From: a virus
Direction: 5' to 3' (one strand)
Virus record (IMG/VR): IMGVR_UViG_3300018059_000546
DNA length: 64,000 nt
Shown: positions 1-7,784 of the stretch, piece after piece
Position numbering within the stretch: position 1 is the first letter of the stretch
How the letters are laid out: each line of letters opens with the position of its first letter
Position numbers and translations under genes: made by a program
Notes under the pieces: generated by a model
The model's input: the letters and a program-made list of their open reading frames with translations, nothing else
Told to the model about the DNA's origin: nothing
The model's database searches: none

Positions 1-397
1 CCCTATCCTTCGGAGACAACCGTCTCTTGATGACGAGCTCTCCCTGGTGCTGATTGATCCCTCTAGAATTCATATCCTCAGGAGTCTGTTCTATCGAAAT
101 TCGTCTGATTGTGATCAGCGGCAGAATTAAGGTAGAGCTCTCATCTCTGATAGCTCGACCATTCTTGAGCATGAATGCTTTTTCTCCGGCGGCGAAGAGA
201 ATGGGAACTTTCGTAGCTTCTCTAGCTTCTCCATTGGAGACCACGAACCTGATTTCCTTATCGAGAAGGTCGAACAGAGCCTTGTCCACATCCAGGATCC
301 CGCAAGCAGGAATCTTGAATCCGTCGGCGGGAACGGTCGCACCGTCGTACCCAGAGGGTACTCCAAAAGGATCTCCAGCATTGTAGCGAGTAATCAT
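1..397 (-). CDS. Tail terminator / sheath-stabiliser-like protein (T4 gp15-like), truncated by window edge
   Basis: Not in the ORF track. My translation from ATG 397 (ATGA overlap with upstream stop) reads MITRYNAGDPFGVPSGYDG...TKVPILFAAGEKAF...RDESSTLILPLITIRRISI and stays open to position 1. The KVPI-x-[FY]A...ILP-x-I pattern resembles gp15, and the gene follows gp13/gp14-like genes. Confidence 0.55.
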   Translation of the reverse strand, partial: MITRYNAGDPFGVPSGYDGATVPADGFKIPACGILDVDKALFDLLDKEIRFVVSNGEAREATKVPILFAAGEKAFMLKNGRAIRDESSTLILPLITIRRISIEQTPEDMNSRGINQHQGELVIKRRLSPKDR

Positions 398-741
398 CTT
401 CGTTTTGGTTCAGAATCATGGCTGATATTTGCTAGATCCGTCATCATTTCCCAATCTTCGTCAGAAAGTGGATCCGTATCATCATCTGCCACGAAGTGCT
501 GGAAATTCATCATGGGATTACTGACAGCCGTAGCCGACCAATTACGTTTCCAATCGTTGTGTTTACGCATCGGTACGGTGGGATTGAATTGAGCAGGTGG
601 ATGAGTTTGTTTCAAAAATGTCTGCTTCTCATCAGGCAGAGCTTCAGGTGGATCCATTCGGTATGAGGCTAATCCTAGCTTCATTTCTTTAAGAATCGAC
701 CTAATTATCGATCGAATTTCTCTTATCGTAAGGTTATTCAT
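394..741 (-). CDS. Hypothetical protein with N-terminal IR-x-II-x-x-IL-x-E helix (possible head protein)
   Basis: Track ORF 394..837. ATG at 741 overlaps the stop of the upstream gene (ATGAATAA) and gives MNNLTIREIRSIIRSILKEM. Confidence 0.6.
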   Translation of the reverse strand: MNNLTIREIRSIIRSILKEMKLGLASYRMDPPEALPDEKQTFLKQTHPPAQFNPTVPMRKHNDWKRNWSATAVSNPMMNFQHFVADDDTDPLSDEDWEMMTDLANISHDSEPKRR

Positions 742-1375
742 CGTAGAATGTGCTCCCTTCGTTAGTTTCAATGATCCGAGCAGGTCCATCGATGGGGCGA
801 TCGAGTTGGCCAGTTTCCTGGAGAGCTCTCTTGTCACCCGTAGGTTTGTCGTCCACGATAGGAAGACCCCTTTGTTGCACGAACTCTTTCTGAATCATCT
901 CAGGTGGTTCATCGGTGGGGCTAATACGTTCTGTGACGAATTGGCCTTTACGAGCCTGCGTGCATATGAGTTTGTATCCGTCTATTTGCTCTGCCTGACC
1001 GTAGATCTGCCTCATCTTGTCAACGGCAGAAATTTCGAAAAATGCTCCACCGTACTGGAGAAAGTCTCCGATGGAGATATCGATCTTTTTATCAAGGAGA
1101 TCTCTGTAGTGAACGTACACTTCCAACTTCTGCAGTTTTTCAGGACCGAACAGGTTGGACATTGACGTTTGTTCGGGAGAATTTACCAACGCTTCTATTT
1201 CTATCGGGTTATCGTAGACTTTGTTCGTGCTCTCGTTGTATAAACCATGAACGTCTGACTTGATCTCAGAAATAGGGTAGAGGATGATTTTCTGCCCAAT
1301 AATGTCTTTGAGAAGCTCTTTTGTAATGTCAGAAATGAAATTAATTTCTTTCTGGGTAACAAACAACCTAGACAT
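734..1375 (-). CDS. Neck / head-completion protein (T4 gp14-like)
   Basis: 213 aa with KELLKDIIGQKIILYPI...LYNESTNKVYDNPIEI, a gp14-like N-terminus. Lies between gp13-like and gp15-like genes. Confidence 0.6.
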   Translation of the reverse strand: MSRLFVTQKEINFISDITKELLKDIIGQKIILYPISEIKSDVHGLYNESTNKVYDNPIEIEALVNSPEQTSMSNLFGPEKLQKLEVYVHYRDLLDKKIDISIGDFLQYGGAFFEISAVDKMRQIYGQAEQIDGYKLICTQARKGQFVTERISPTDEPPEMIQKEFVQQRGLPIVDDKPTGDKRALQETGQLDRPIDGPARIIETNEGSTFYDE

Positions 1376-2147
1376 TTCGTCTCACTTTCTCAACACACTT
1401 TTGTGGATCTTGTTTGAATTCGACATCTGTTATCCTGACGAGGCGAATGTTCTTGTCAGAAGTAACAGAGTCTAGCTCTCTATCCTTGGTCCATTTTTCG
1501 TAAATGTCTCGATCGGTCACTGTTTTAAACTTCTTGATTTCTTCAATTGGTCGGTCTAGGCCGTGCCAGTAGACACCATCAAACTGCACATAAGTATCGA
1601 TCGACTTGACGTAGAAGTCTACAGACCACCTTCTTTCGAAGTAGACCTGCTGTAAGACATCGCTTTCTCCAAACCATTCTTTTAGATACAAACCAAAAAG
1701 ATGTTCAGGTTTAGAAATCCAACTTTCGGGACGATTTTTGATAAGTGTTTTGATTGCTCTGCGTTTAATTTCTGGATTTTGATTCGGATTCCGCACCCCG
1801 TAATTTTTCAAACACGTTTCTTCCTTCTGTTTCTTGATCTCTTCTAGCTGAGAAACATTCTCGACACCGTATTTGGCTACAACAGTAACTTTCATTTTTG
1901 TTTGCCACATAATCTGGTCTCGGCATGACATCACTTCTGTGTACGTCAATCCTCCTACTTCTTTCGAAGAAAAATGGCACTCTCTAGAACAGAAGTGATG
2001 CTTGCGTGAACTCTCTAAAAGAGATTTTTGGTATTTTCCTCGAAATTCTTTGCCGCACTGGTCGCAACAGTAAAGAATTTCTTTCTTTTTGATGTGTTTC
2101 GAACGTGATGTTCTTACGATGTCGAACTCTACCACTTGTAGTATCAT
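1368..2147 (-). CDS. Putative homing endonuclease: Zn finger, YGVEN-type repeats, Vsr/DUF559-like nuclease domain
   Basis: CDQCG...FCSREC; repeats KYGVENVSQ and NYGVRNPNQ; SKPE...VDFYVKSIDTYVQFDGVYWHG...LVRITD. Confidence 0.7.
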   Translation of the reverse strand: MILQVVEFDIVRTSRSKHIKKKEILYCCDQCGKEFRGKYQKSLLESSRKHHFCSRECHFSSKEVGGLTYTEVMSCRDQIMWQTKMKVTVVAKYGVENVSQLEEIKKQKEETCLKNYGVRNPNQNPEIKRRAIKTLIKNRPESWISKPEHLFGLYLKEWFGESDVLQQVYFERRWSVDFYVKSIDTYVQFDGVYWHGLDRPIEEIKKFKTVTDRDIYEKWTKDRELDSVTSDKNIRLVRITDVEFKQDPQKCVEKVRRNV

Positions 2148-2186
2148 ATCTGCAAATTATGCAAGTTCTACATCTTTTACAAAATC

Positions 2187-3443
2187 CTAACCTATTATGA
2201 TAGGTCTCGGAATAGGGATATGTCGCATTTGTGTCAGGATGCTTTCTGCTTTACTTGCTTCCATCTCGAGCAATTTTTCGTACGTGATTGTATCGAGAAA
2301 TTCTTGCAACTGGGTCAGCAGTTTTTCCTTGTCTTCTCTCGCTTGAGAAACGAGATCATCTCCATTCAAGGTAAGGTCTCCACCAGGAATTGGAATAGTC
2401 TTCATCTTGTTTCTGATCAAACCAAGAATTTCCTTCGCGAGCGCGAGGACCATTTCCATGATCCAAGTTCGTCCGGGTTGGTTGATCTTCGAGTAGATAA
2501 GCGGTCCATACGGCACCTGAGAAGGGTTGGAGATGCCATTGAGAGAAGGGTCGGAAGAAAGATAGCTTGTGGATGTCACGTCTCCTGGACCGTAGAGATT
2601 AGAATTGGTCGGATCTTGACCCGCCATGACCCACATGAAGACTTTCGCCGGAGAACGTGGAGGATTTCCGGGAATCGGATACAGACGAACGTTGCGTCCA
2701 ACGAGTTCGTAGGAATAGTGAGATCTTCGAACCTTGTGAGCTGTTTCTAACATTCCACGTCGTAGGACATCTTCAAAGACAGGAAGAACATAGAAAGCTG
2801 TAGAATTTACGTACGATTCGTAGTTGAATTCCGTCGCAAGGAAGTTCGTAAGATTTGAAGCATTGATCAACATTTGCTGCGACGCAATGGGATCAAAATG
2901 AAGGATATCGGTGATGCGTAACTTTCCCAACGTTCCGGACGGAACAGTATTTACGAATAAACTTCCCGAAAGTGGACCATCTGCTCTTTTCAACTCTGCG
3001 TACAGATCGTAGTCTTGACGACCTGGTTCGATATCGATGTAAGTGAGAAAACGATCGTACGATCCTCCGACACCTGCGAATGACGAGTACGGATCAGCCT
3101 GCCGCATAAGGAACTCGAGAGTTCGTTTTATATAGATGTTCGAGAAGTTCAACGATCCAGAAACTCCGCCGTTGACGACTGAACCGGAAAAAACGGATGG
3201 AAGACCGAGCAACGAAGCAAGATCAGATTTGAGCTGGTATTGGCTGATCAAATTTCCGTACAGGAGCACGGCTTCTTCGAACACCGTCCAAATGTCCTTC
3301 TTAGAAAGCTCAACCGACGTTGCACCATCACCGAGTTTTCTCTTGACGAACTGTACCATCCCGTTGGCTTCGTGCTGAAAGACAGGGTCGGAGTCGAAAA
3401 TCCCAAAAGGCGTGGGACCCAAGGTCTGTTGGAAGGTTGACAT
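2187..3443 (-). CDS. Neck protein (T4 gp13-like head-tail adaptor)
   Basis: VKRKLG...VELS near the N-terminus and WI-x-E-x-x-LALAKEILG...IPIPGGDLTLNGDDL near the C-terminus are gp13-type. ATG 3443 is preferred over the track's TTG at 3452. Confidence 0.75.
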   Translation of the reverse strand: MSTFQQTLGPTPFGIFDSDPVFQHEANGMVQFVKRKLGDGATSVELSKKDIWTVFEEAVLLYGNLISQYQLKSDLASLLGLPSVFSGSVVNGGVSGSLNFSNIYIKRTLEFLMRQADPYSSFAGVGGSYDRFLTYIDIEPGRQDYDLYAELKRADGPLSGSLFVNTVPSGTLGKLRITDILHFDPIASQQMLINASNLTNFLATEFNYESYVNSTAFYVLPVFEDVLRRGMLETAHKVRRSHYSYELVGRNVRLYPIPGNPPRSPAKVFMWVMAGQDPTNSNLYGPGDVTSTSYLSSDPSLNGISNPSQVPYGPLIYSKINQPGRTWIMEMVLALAKEILGLIRNKMKTIPIPGGDLTLNGDDLVSQAREDKEKLLTQLQEFLDTITYEKLLEMEASKAESILTQMRHIPIPRPIIIG

Positions 3444-3452
3444 CTCAGCCAA

Positions 3453-3458
3453 TAAATA
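3453..3458 (-). promoter_or_regulatory. Putative phage late promoter core TATTTA
   Basis: 9 nt upstream of ATG 3443; one of many TA(T/C)TTA copies in front of gene starts. Confidence 0.55.
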
Positions 3459-3491
3459 CGATAGTCATCAAGGAGAAATACGTATCCTTAG

Positions 3492-3770
3492 ATGAAGACC
3501 ACGTTCGAGACCGGAGAAGTGTACCAGTGCGAGCAGGATACACATCTGATAGATTACAAGTTGAAAAAGAAAAAGTCAAGCTGCAGACTTTCCCAACGCG
3601 CAGTGCGGATTCGCAAAGGTGACATTGTCGTATGTTTGGACATGAAAGAAGACCCCTCCGGGCAGACGGAGGCCGTCTTCCTCGTCGGAGGGGAGATCAT
3701 TCACATTCAAGAACATAGCAGCACATTACGTGCACTTCAGAAGATGCTTGTTAGAGTTGACCAGAAATGA
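3492..3770 (+). CDS. Small hypothetical protein
   Basis: 92-aa ATG ORF filling the gap between minus-strand genes. Confidence 0.55.
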   Translation: MKTTFETGEVYQCEQDTHLIDYKLKKKKSSCRLSQRAVRIRKGDIVVCLDMKEDPSGQTEAVFLVGGEIIHIQEHSSTLRALQKMLVRVDQK

Positions 3771-3969
3771 GCAATGGCACGATTTTGTTTTTGACAAACT
3801 TCTTCACGTCAGCGTCGTTCTCACAGAATTGAGATGCCTGGTACAGATTGATAATGGTGTCGAATTCGCTCTCAGCGAATTCGTTGGATTCGGCGAGCTG
3901 GGCCCACCCCGCAAGTAAGTCCATCAAACGACGACACGAACTAGGTTCTACGGAAAAATAGTCTTCCAT
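3751..3969 (-). CDS. Small hypothetical protein
   Basis: MEDYFSVEP...; ATG 3969 is preceded by GGAGG. Confidence 0.55.
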   Translation of the reverse strand: MEDYFSVEPSSCRRLMDLLAGWAQLAESNEFAESEFDTIINLYQASQFCENDADVKKFVKNKIVPLLISGQL

Positions 3970-3970
3970 C

Positions 3971-4093
3971 TCAATCCTCCACAACAATCACTCTACCGCA
4001 CTTCGTACAACGATATCCCTCGAGACATATTCCCCAGGGATGTCCAAGGAAAGCACATCTAATTCTCTCTACTAGCCAGCGAAGCTTCTTCAT
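3971..4093 (-). CDS. 40-aa Cys/His (Zn-binding-like) small protein
   Basis: Below the track cutoff. Reads MKKLRWLVERIRCAFLGHPWGICLEGYRCTKCGRVIVVED, with an ATGA overlap with the kinase gene stop. Confidence 0.55.
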   Translation of the reverse strand: MKKLRWLVERIRCAFLGHPWGICLEGYRCTKCGRVIVVED

Positions 4094-4983
4094 CTTCCGT
4101 GCTTGCTGTACTGTATCGCAATCTCCTGGTCAATAGCATCCTTCTTGGTCTTGTGAGTACCAAGTTTTCGATGCTTACCAGCCTTCTTTTTTTTCGTGTA
4201 GAGACACCAATTGTCTCCGCACTTCTGAACAACCTCGTTCACAAATTCTCTCAATGCGATCGTAAATTCATCATCTCCAATTGGAATCGAGGCCTCCAGA
4301 ATGGGCTCAGATTCATCTGCAGGAGAATTATGAAGGTAACTTTGGCCAGAAACATGGCCTCTCTGTCGTCCTTCATGGGATGCATGTATCGTCTGCTGCT
4401 TCCAATTGCCGCTATCGACTCCGTAGTCTAGAATGACGATCCTACCGTCTCCGGTCTTACCCCAATGATCGATGAACTGCAATTCGGGGGTGTGAAGCTT
4501 CTTCGACTTGATAAGAGTCCTGATAGTGTCTATGATTCCGTACGTGCCGATGGTTTCATCACCTTTGCCAGGATAGACCGACTTGGACTTGACTCTCCAT
4601 TTTGGATTCCCTACCCACTTGTGGTAATCGCCGCCTTGGATGACACCAACGAACTCTTCGAATGGCATACCGAACACGTTTTCAAATTCTACTTCTGATG
4701 TGAGCGGCTTCACTAAATCTGAAACGACCCACGCGAAGTCGGGAGCATGGGAATGAACACGTGCGATGACTTGTCCAAACTTAGGATCCGAAGAGATTGC
4801 AGCTTCTGTCGCGTTCTGACTCTTACCCCTGTCCGTGTTAGCAACCTTGAGAGCGTACCTCGACGAAAGAAGAAACACCGTGCGTGATCCACCCTCTCCG
4901 AGCTCCTTCAGGTTCTCCAAAGCGTACGTAAATCTGTCACCATCATCTTCGATCGCTTTAAATTGCTTGAGGTCGAACTTCAT
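4090..4983 (-). CDS. Protein-kinase-like protein with a small basic C-terminal domain
   Basis: Gly loop LGEGGSRTVF, ALKVA lysine, QNATE glutamate, HWG...GRIVILDYG (DFG equivalent). Confidence 0.65.
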   Translation of the reverse strand: MKFDLKQFKAIEDDGDRFTYALENLKELGEGGSRTVFLLSSRYALKVANTDRGKSQNATEAAISSDPKFGQVIARVHSHAPDFAWVVSDLVKPLTSEVEFENVFGMPFEEFVGVIQGGDYHKWVGNPKWRVKSKSVYPGKGDETIGTYGIIDTIRTLIKSKKLHTPELQFIDHWGKTGDGRIVILDYGVDSGNWKQQTIHASHEGRQRGHVSGQSYLHNSPADESEPILEASIPIGDDEFTIALREFVNEVVQKCGDNWCLYTKKKKAGKHRKLGTHKTKKDAIDQEIAIQYSKHGR

Positions 4984-5017
4984 GGGTGTAAAATTAAGTA
5001 GGTCAAGAACAGACCGC

Positions 5018-5055
5018 TTAAACGCCGAAAGGCCACCCTTTCGAGCAGCCTTTCG
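5018..5055 (-). terminator. Intrinsic terminator-like hairpin after 5080..5586
   Basis: CGAAAGGC...GCCTTTCG stem followed on the minus strand by GCGTTTAA; one of three related hairpins. Confidence 0.65.
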
Positions 5056-5079
5056 AACCAGGGTTAGAAGCTAAGTGGA

Positions 5080-5586
5080 TTAGCCGTTAGCGGGGAACAA
5101 GCTGCCGGAGACGGTACCCGAAAGCGCGGTGACGAGCCAGTACTTGCTATCGGACGTTACCGAAACTGATGCGAACCGAGAGAGCGTCACACCGTTAGAA
5201 CGAATACCAAGGTTCGTCCCGACTTGACCGACCGAACCTGAAATATTCTGGAAGAAGATCGCAGCATTCGCTGCAGAAGTGCCGAGCGAACACCCGCTGG
5301 TTCCTGTCAAGAAACCTCCGTTGTAGATTCCAAGGTCTCCCAGAGGTTGGGAGAAAATGTATGTACAACCAGGTTGAGTTGAAGCTGCGGGCAACGATGC
5401 CGTTGAATTGCTTGGAAGGTGATAAAAACCCGGAGTCGAAACAGCTGTGCTTCCGGCTGACATTGACGTGACTAGAGTGGCAATAACACCATTCGTGAAT
5501 GTCACAGGAGTATCAACTACAAGTGATGTAGTCGAATTATCTGTTTGAACGATACCACGACTATCAATTGTGACTTTAATTCCCAT
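5080..5586 (-). CDS. Ser/Thr/Gly-rich putative virion (decoration-like) protein
   Basis: 168 aa, beta-rich composition, directly downstream of the capsid gene, with TATTTA 9 nt upstream. Confidence 0.6.
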   Translation of the reverse strand: MGIKVTIDSRGIVQTDNSTTSLVVDTPVTFTNGVIATLVTSMSAGSTAVSTPGFYHLPSNSTASLPAASTQPGCTYIFSQPLGDLGIYNGGFLTGTSGCSLGTSAANAAIFFQNISGSVGQVGTNLGIRSNGVTLSRFASVSVTSDSKYWLVTALSGTVSGSLFPANG

Positions 5587-5642
5587 AGTGATCTTTAAAT
5601 ATAGCGATCTTATAGAGTAAACGGTCTTGCAGAAAATTGTCC

Positions 5643-5681
5643 TTAAACGCCGAAAGGCTACCCCGAAAGGGGTAGCCTTTC
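5643..5681 (-). terminator. Intrinsic terminator hairpin
   Basis: GAAAGGCTACCCC-GAAA-GGGGTAGCCTTTC (plus strand), a perfect 13-bp stem; the minus strand has a UUUC loop and a GGCGTTTAA tail. Confidence 0.75.
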
Positions 5682-5726
5682 TAAGATAAGGGCTTACGAT
5701 TATTGGGTTCGCTCGATCTCGTCGGT
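5643..5726 (-). ncRNA. Candidate ~85-nt small RNA between two terminators
   Basis: Promoter-like CTACAC-N18-TATATT (5761..5732) lies just after the capsid terminator, followed by an ATG-less stretch ending in its own strong hairpin. Confidence 0.3.
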
Positions 5727-5762
5727 AGATGAATATAATCTAATGATTTAGAACTGTGTAGT

Positions 5763-5797
5763 TTAAACGACGAAAGGGAACCTTTCGGTTCCCTCTC
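5763..5797 (-). terminator. Intrinsic terminator of the major capsid gene
   Basis: Minus strand AGGGAACC-GAAA-GGTTCCCT then TTCGTCGTTTAA, about 40 nt after the capsid stop. Confidence 0.75.
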
Positions 5798-5834
5798 AGT
5801 CTCATATATCAACCTAAGTAGTTGATATCATTCG

Positions 5835-7745
5835 TCAAATGATGTTCATGTCCATCACGCTCACGCTTCCATAAAAATCGCTTCGGACCATCTTCTTGCC
5901 GTAGCGAGTCATGACGCCCTTACGCGGAGTGAAGTCCTCAGGAGCGAAGAGGGTCGGAGTCACGATGAGCGGGATGTACGGAGCGTACACATACCCGGTC
6001 TCAAGGTAGTGAGATCCCTTGTAGCCAATCAGAATCTTGGCGCGGGGGAAGTACGGATCCTTGTAGACGGTGAACCGGTTCGTCAGAGTACCGATTGGAT
6101 CGGTTCCGAGCGAGAAGGGCACACCCACCTGGCCATCCGAGTCGATCGACAGCTTGGGCCGGTAAAGGACCGTGCTTTCGAACATCGTCGAGACGTCAGG
6201 TCCGCAGACCACGAAGTTCGCGGCTCCACGAAGCGTCTTCTGGTGAATCTCGTTAGCAACGTCGATAATCGTTTCGACGAGGACTTCGTACCACTCACGG
6301 ACTGTACCAGTGAAGTTCGGACCAGGAGAGAGCGAAGAAGCGAGGTTGGCAGTCGCGCCGGTGACCTTGTTGACGAACTTACCAGGAGAACGGCTCCAGT
6401 AGTAGTTCGCACCAGAGGCCTGCGACAGGAGATCCAAAAGGATTTCACGGTCGATTTCAAGCGAGATCTGCTGAGACAGGATCTGAGTAAGCTCAACTTC
6501 TGCATCGAGCGAGAGGTAAGCGTTCATATCCTGAGCGAGTTCGGGAGACCAGCGAGCGCGGAGCTTACGGGTCGTAGTACCGATGGAGATCTGCTCGATC
6601 TTCATATCGATCTCAGGGATCGCCGGCGAAGGAGTCGCACCGAAATCGGACTCGAACGAGGGTACCGTGAGAGCTGAGCCGGTTCCACCGTCAACGCTCA
6701 GAGCATCGCTGATAACCATCGACATCGTGTTGTTTGCAGCAGCTGCGCCAACACCGAGGGGAGGAGTGACACCGCCGTTGGTCACTCGAAGAACGCACTG
6801 GACGTGAGTTCCGTTGAGTGGCGAGGGCGTGAAGGTTGTGCCGTCCCAGTTGCCGCGCTTGTTAAGGCGACGGAGGTTGAGAACGCCGCCACCAGCCTGA
6901 TATTGCTCACCCCAGGCGACCACACCCCCGTTACCGAACCCGAAGGCTGTAACTGCGAGCTGTTCTGGTGAGAGCATATCTGCGCCGAGCATCGTACCCG
7001 TGATTTCAGCAGCACGAACGTGCATGAACGTGAAGTCGAGGGTGTTAGCCGTGAGATCAGTCTCGAGCTTGCCGTCGAAGCCACAGAGGCGAGCGACAGT
7101 GCCCGTGAACTGCGTACCAGCGGTAACGATCGAACCCGAAGACCAAGCTTCGTTGGCTCCGATGAATGCACCGATATCACCGGGAGCAACGAACACAGTC
7201 GCCGCTTGACGATGAACCCGGCTGTAACCGGCACCAACGAGGTCGTACATACCACCGACAGCCAACGAACCGGACTGAACGCCGCGGCCTGCAGGGCTGT
7301 TGAAGATGGACTGACCCCGTGAATACGTCTCATTGGTAGAGCCGTTCAGAAGGGTGAGACCCGCGTCACCACCGACATTGCTGCCGTAGGTGTAGTCAAG
7401 GTAGAACACAAGACCTTGAGGAAGGTTCAGGGGCTGGATGGAGACGAGCTCGTTAGCAACGAGCGCTCCGAAGACTCTACGAACGATCGGGAACGCGATG
7501 GTCGTGAAACCAGCGAGCTGACCAGAGTTCGAAAGACCGGCTGCACCACCGGAGATACCCACGCTTTCACGCAGGAGCTGCATGCACTGGTTTTCCAGAA
7601 GCTGCGCCATTGACTCCCGACGGAGACCATCGAGGCCACGAAGAAGGCCCGTCTTGGACCACTTCTCGACGAGAGCAGTACGCTCCGTCTTCATGTTGCG
7701 TTGCTGCATATTTTCAGTCAACGCCTTGAGATCAAAATTCTTCAT
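5835..7745 (-). CDS. Major capsid protein (T4 gp23 family)
   Basis: PIVRRVF...LVSIQP-x-x-x-PQGLVFYL, TRKLRARWSPELAQD, EIDREI, GYKG...GYVYAPYIPL, FTPRKGVMTRYG; strongly biased codon usage. Confidence 0.95.
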   Translation of the reverse strand: MKNFDLKALTENMQQRNMKTERTALVEKWSKTGLLRGLDGLRRESMAQLLENQCMQLLRESVGISGGAAGLSNSGQLAGFTTIAFPIVRRVFGALVANELVSIQPLNLPQGLVFYLDYTYGSNVGGDAGLTLLNGSTNETYSRGQSIFNSPAGRGVQSGSLAVGGMYDLVGAGYSRVHRQAATVFVAPGDIGAFIGANEAWSSGSIVTAGTQFTGTVARLCGFDGKLETDLTANTLDFTFMHVRAAEITGTMLGADMLSPEQLAVTAFGFGNGGVVAWGEQYQAGGGVLNLRRLNKRGNWDGTTFTPSPLNGTHVQCVLRVTNGGVTPPLGVGAAAANNTMSMVISDALSVDGGTGSALTVPSFESDFGATPSPAIPEIDMKIEQISIGTTTRKLRARWSPELAQDMNAYLSLDAEVELTQILSQQISLEIDREILLDLLSQASGANYYWSRSPGKFVNKVTGATANLASSLSPGPNFTGTVREWYEVLVETIIDVANEIHQKTLRGAANFVVCGPDVSTMFESTVLYRPKLSIDSDGQVGVPFSLGTDPIGTLTNRFTVYKDPYFPRAKILIGYKGSHYLETGYVYAPYIPLIVTPTLFAPEDFTPRKGVMTRYGKKMVRSDFYGSVSVMDMNII

Positions 7746-7784
7746 CGCTAATTTCCTAATATCAATCAGACTTCAGATAACCAC

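Noticed and set aside
127-381. Track ORF of 84 aa on the minus strand
   Set aside because: Wrong frame; the frame from ATG 397 is open to the window edge and gives a gp15-like protein.
3451-3458. Canonical T4 late promoter TATAAATA
   Set aside because: TAAATA-like words occur on the non-coding strand relative to the adjacent gene starts; the gene-oriented motif is TA(T/C)TTA.
5018-5797. Three TTAAACG(C/A)CGAAAGG repeats as a CRISPR array or mobile repeat
   Set aside because: Spacing is irregular, a gene lies between them, and each is one arm of a terminator-like hairpin.
5763-5800. Hammerhead ribozyme suggested by CTGAGAG...GAAA on the minus strand
   Set aside because: It does not match CUGANGA, and GAAA is the hairpin loop rather than the conserved core after stem II.
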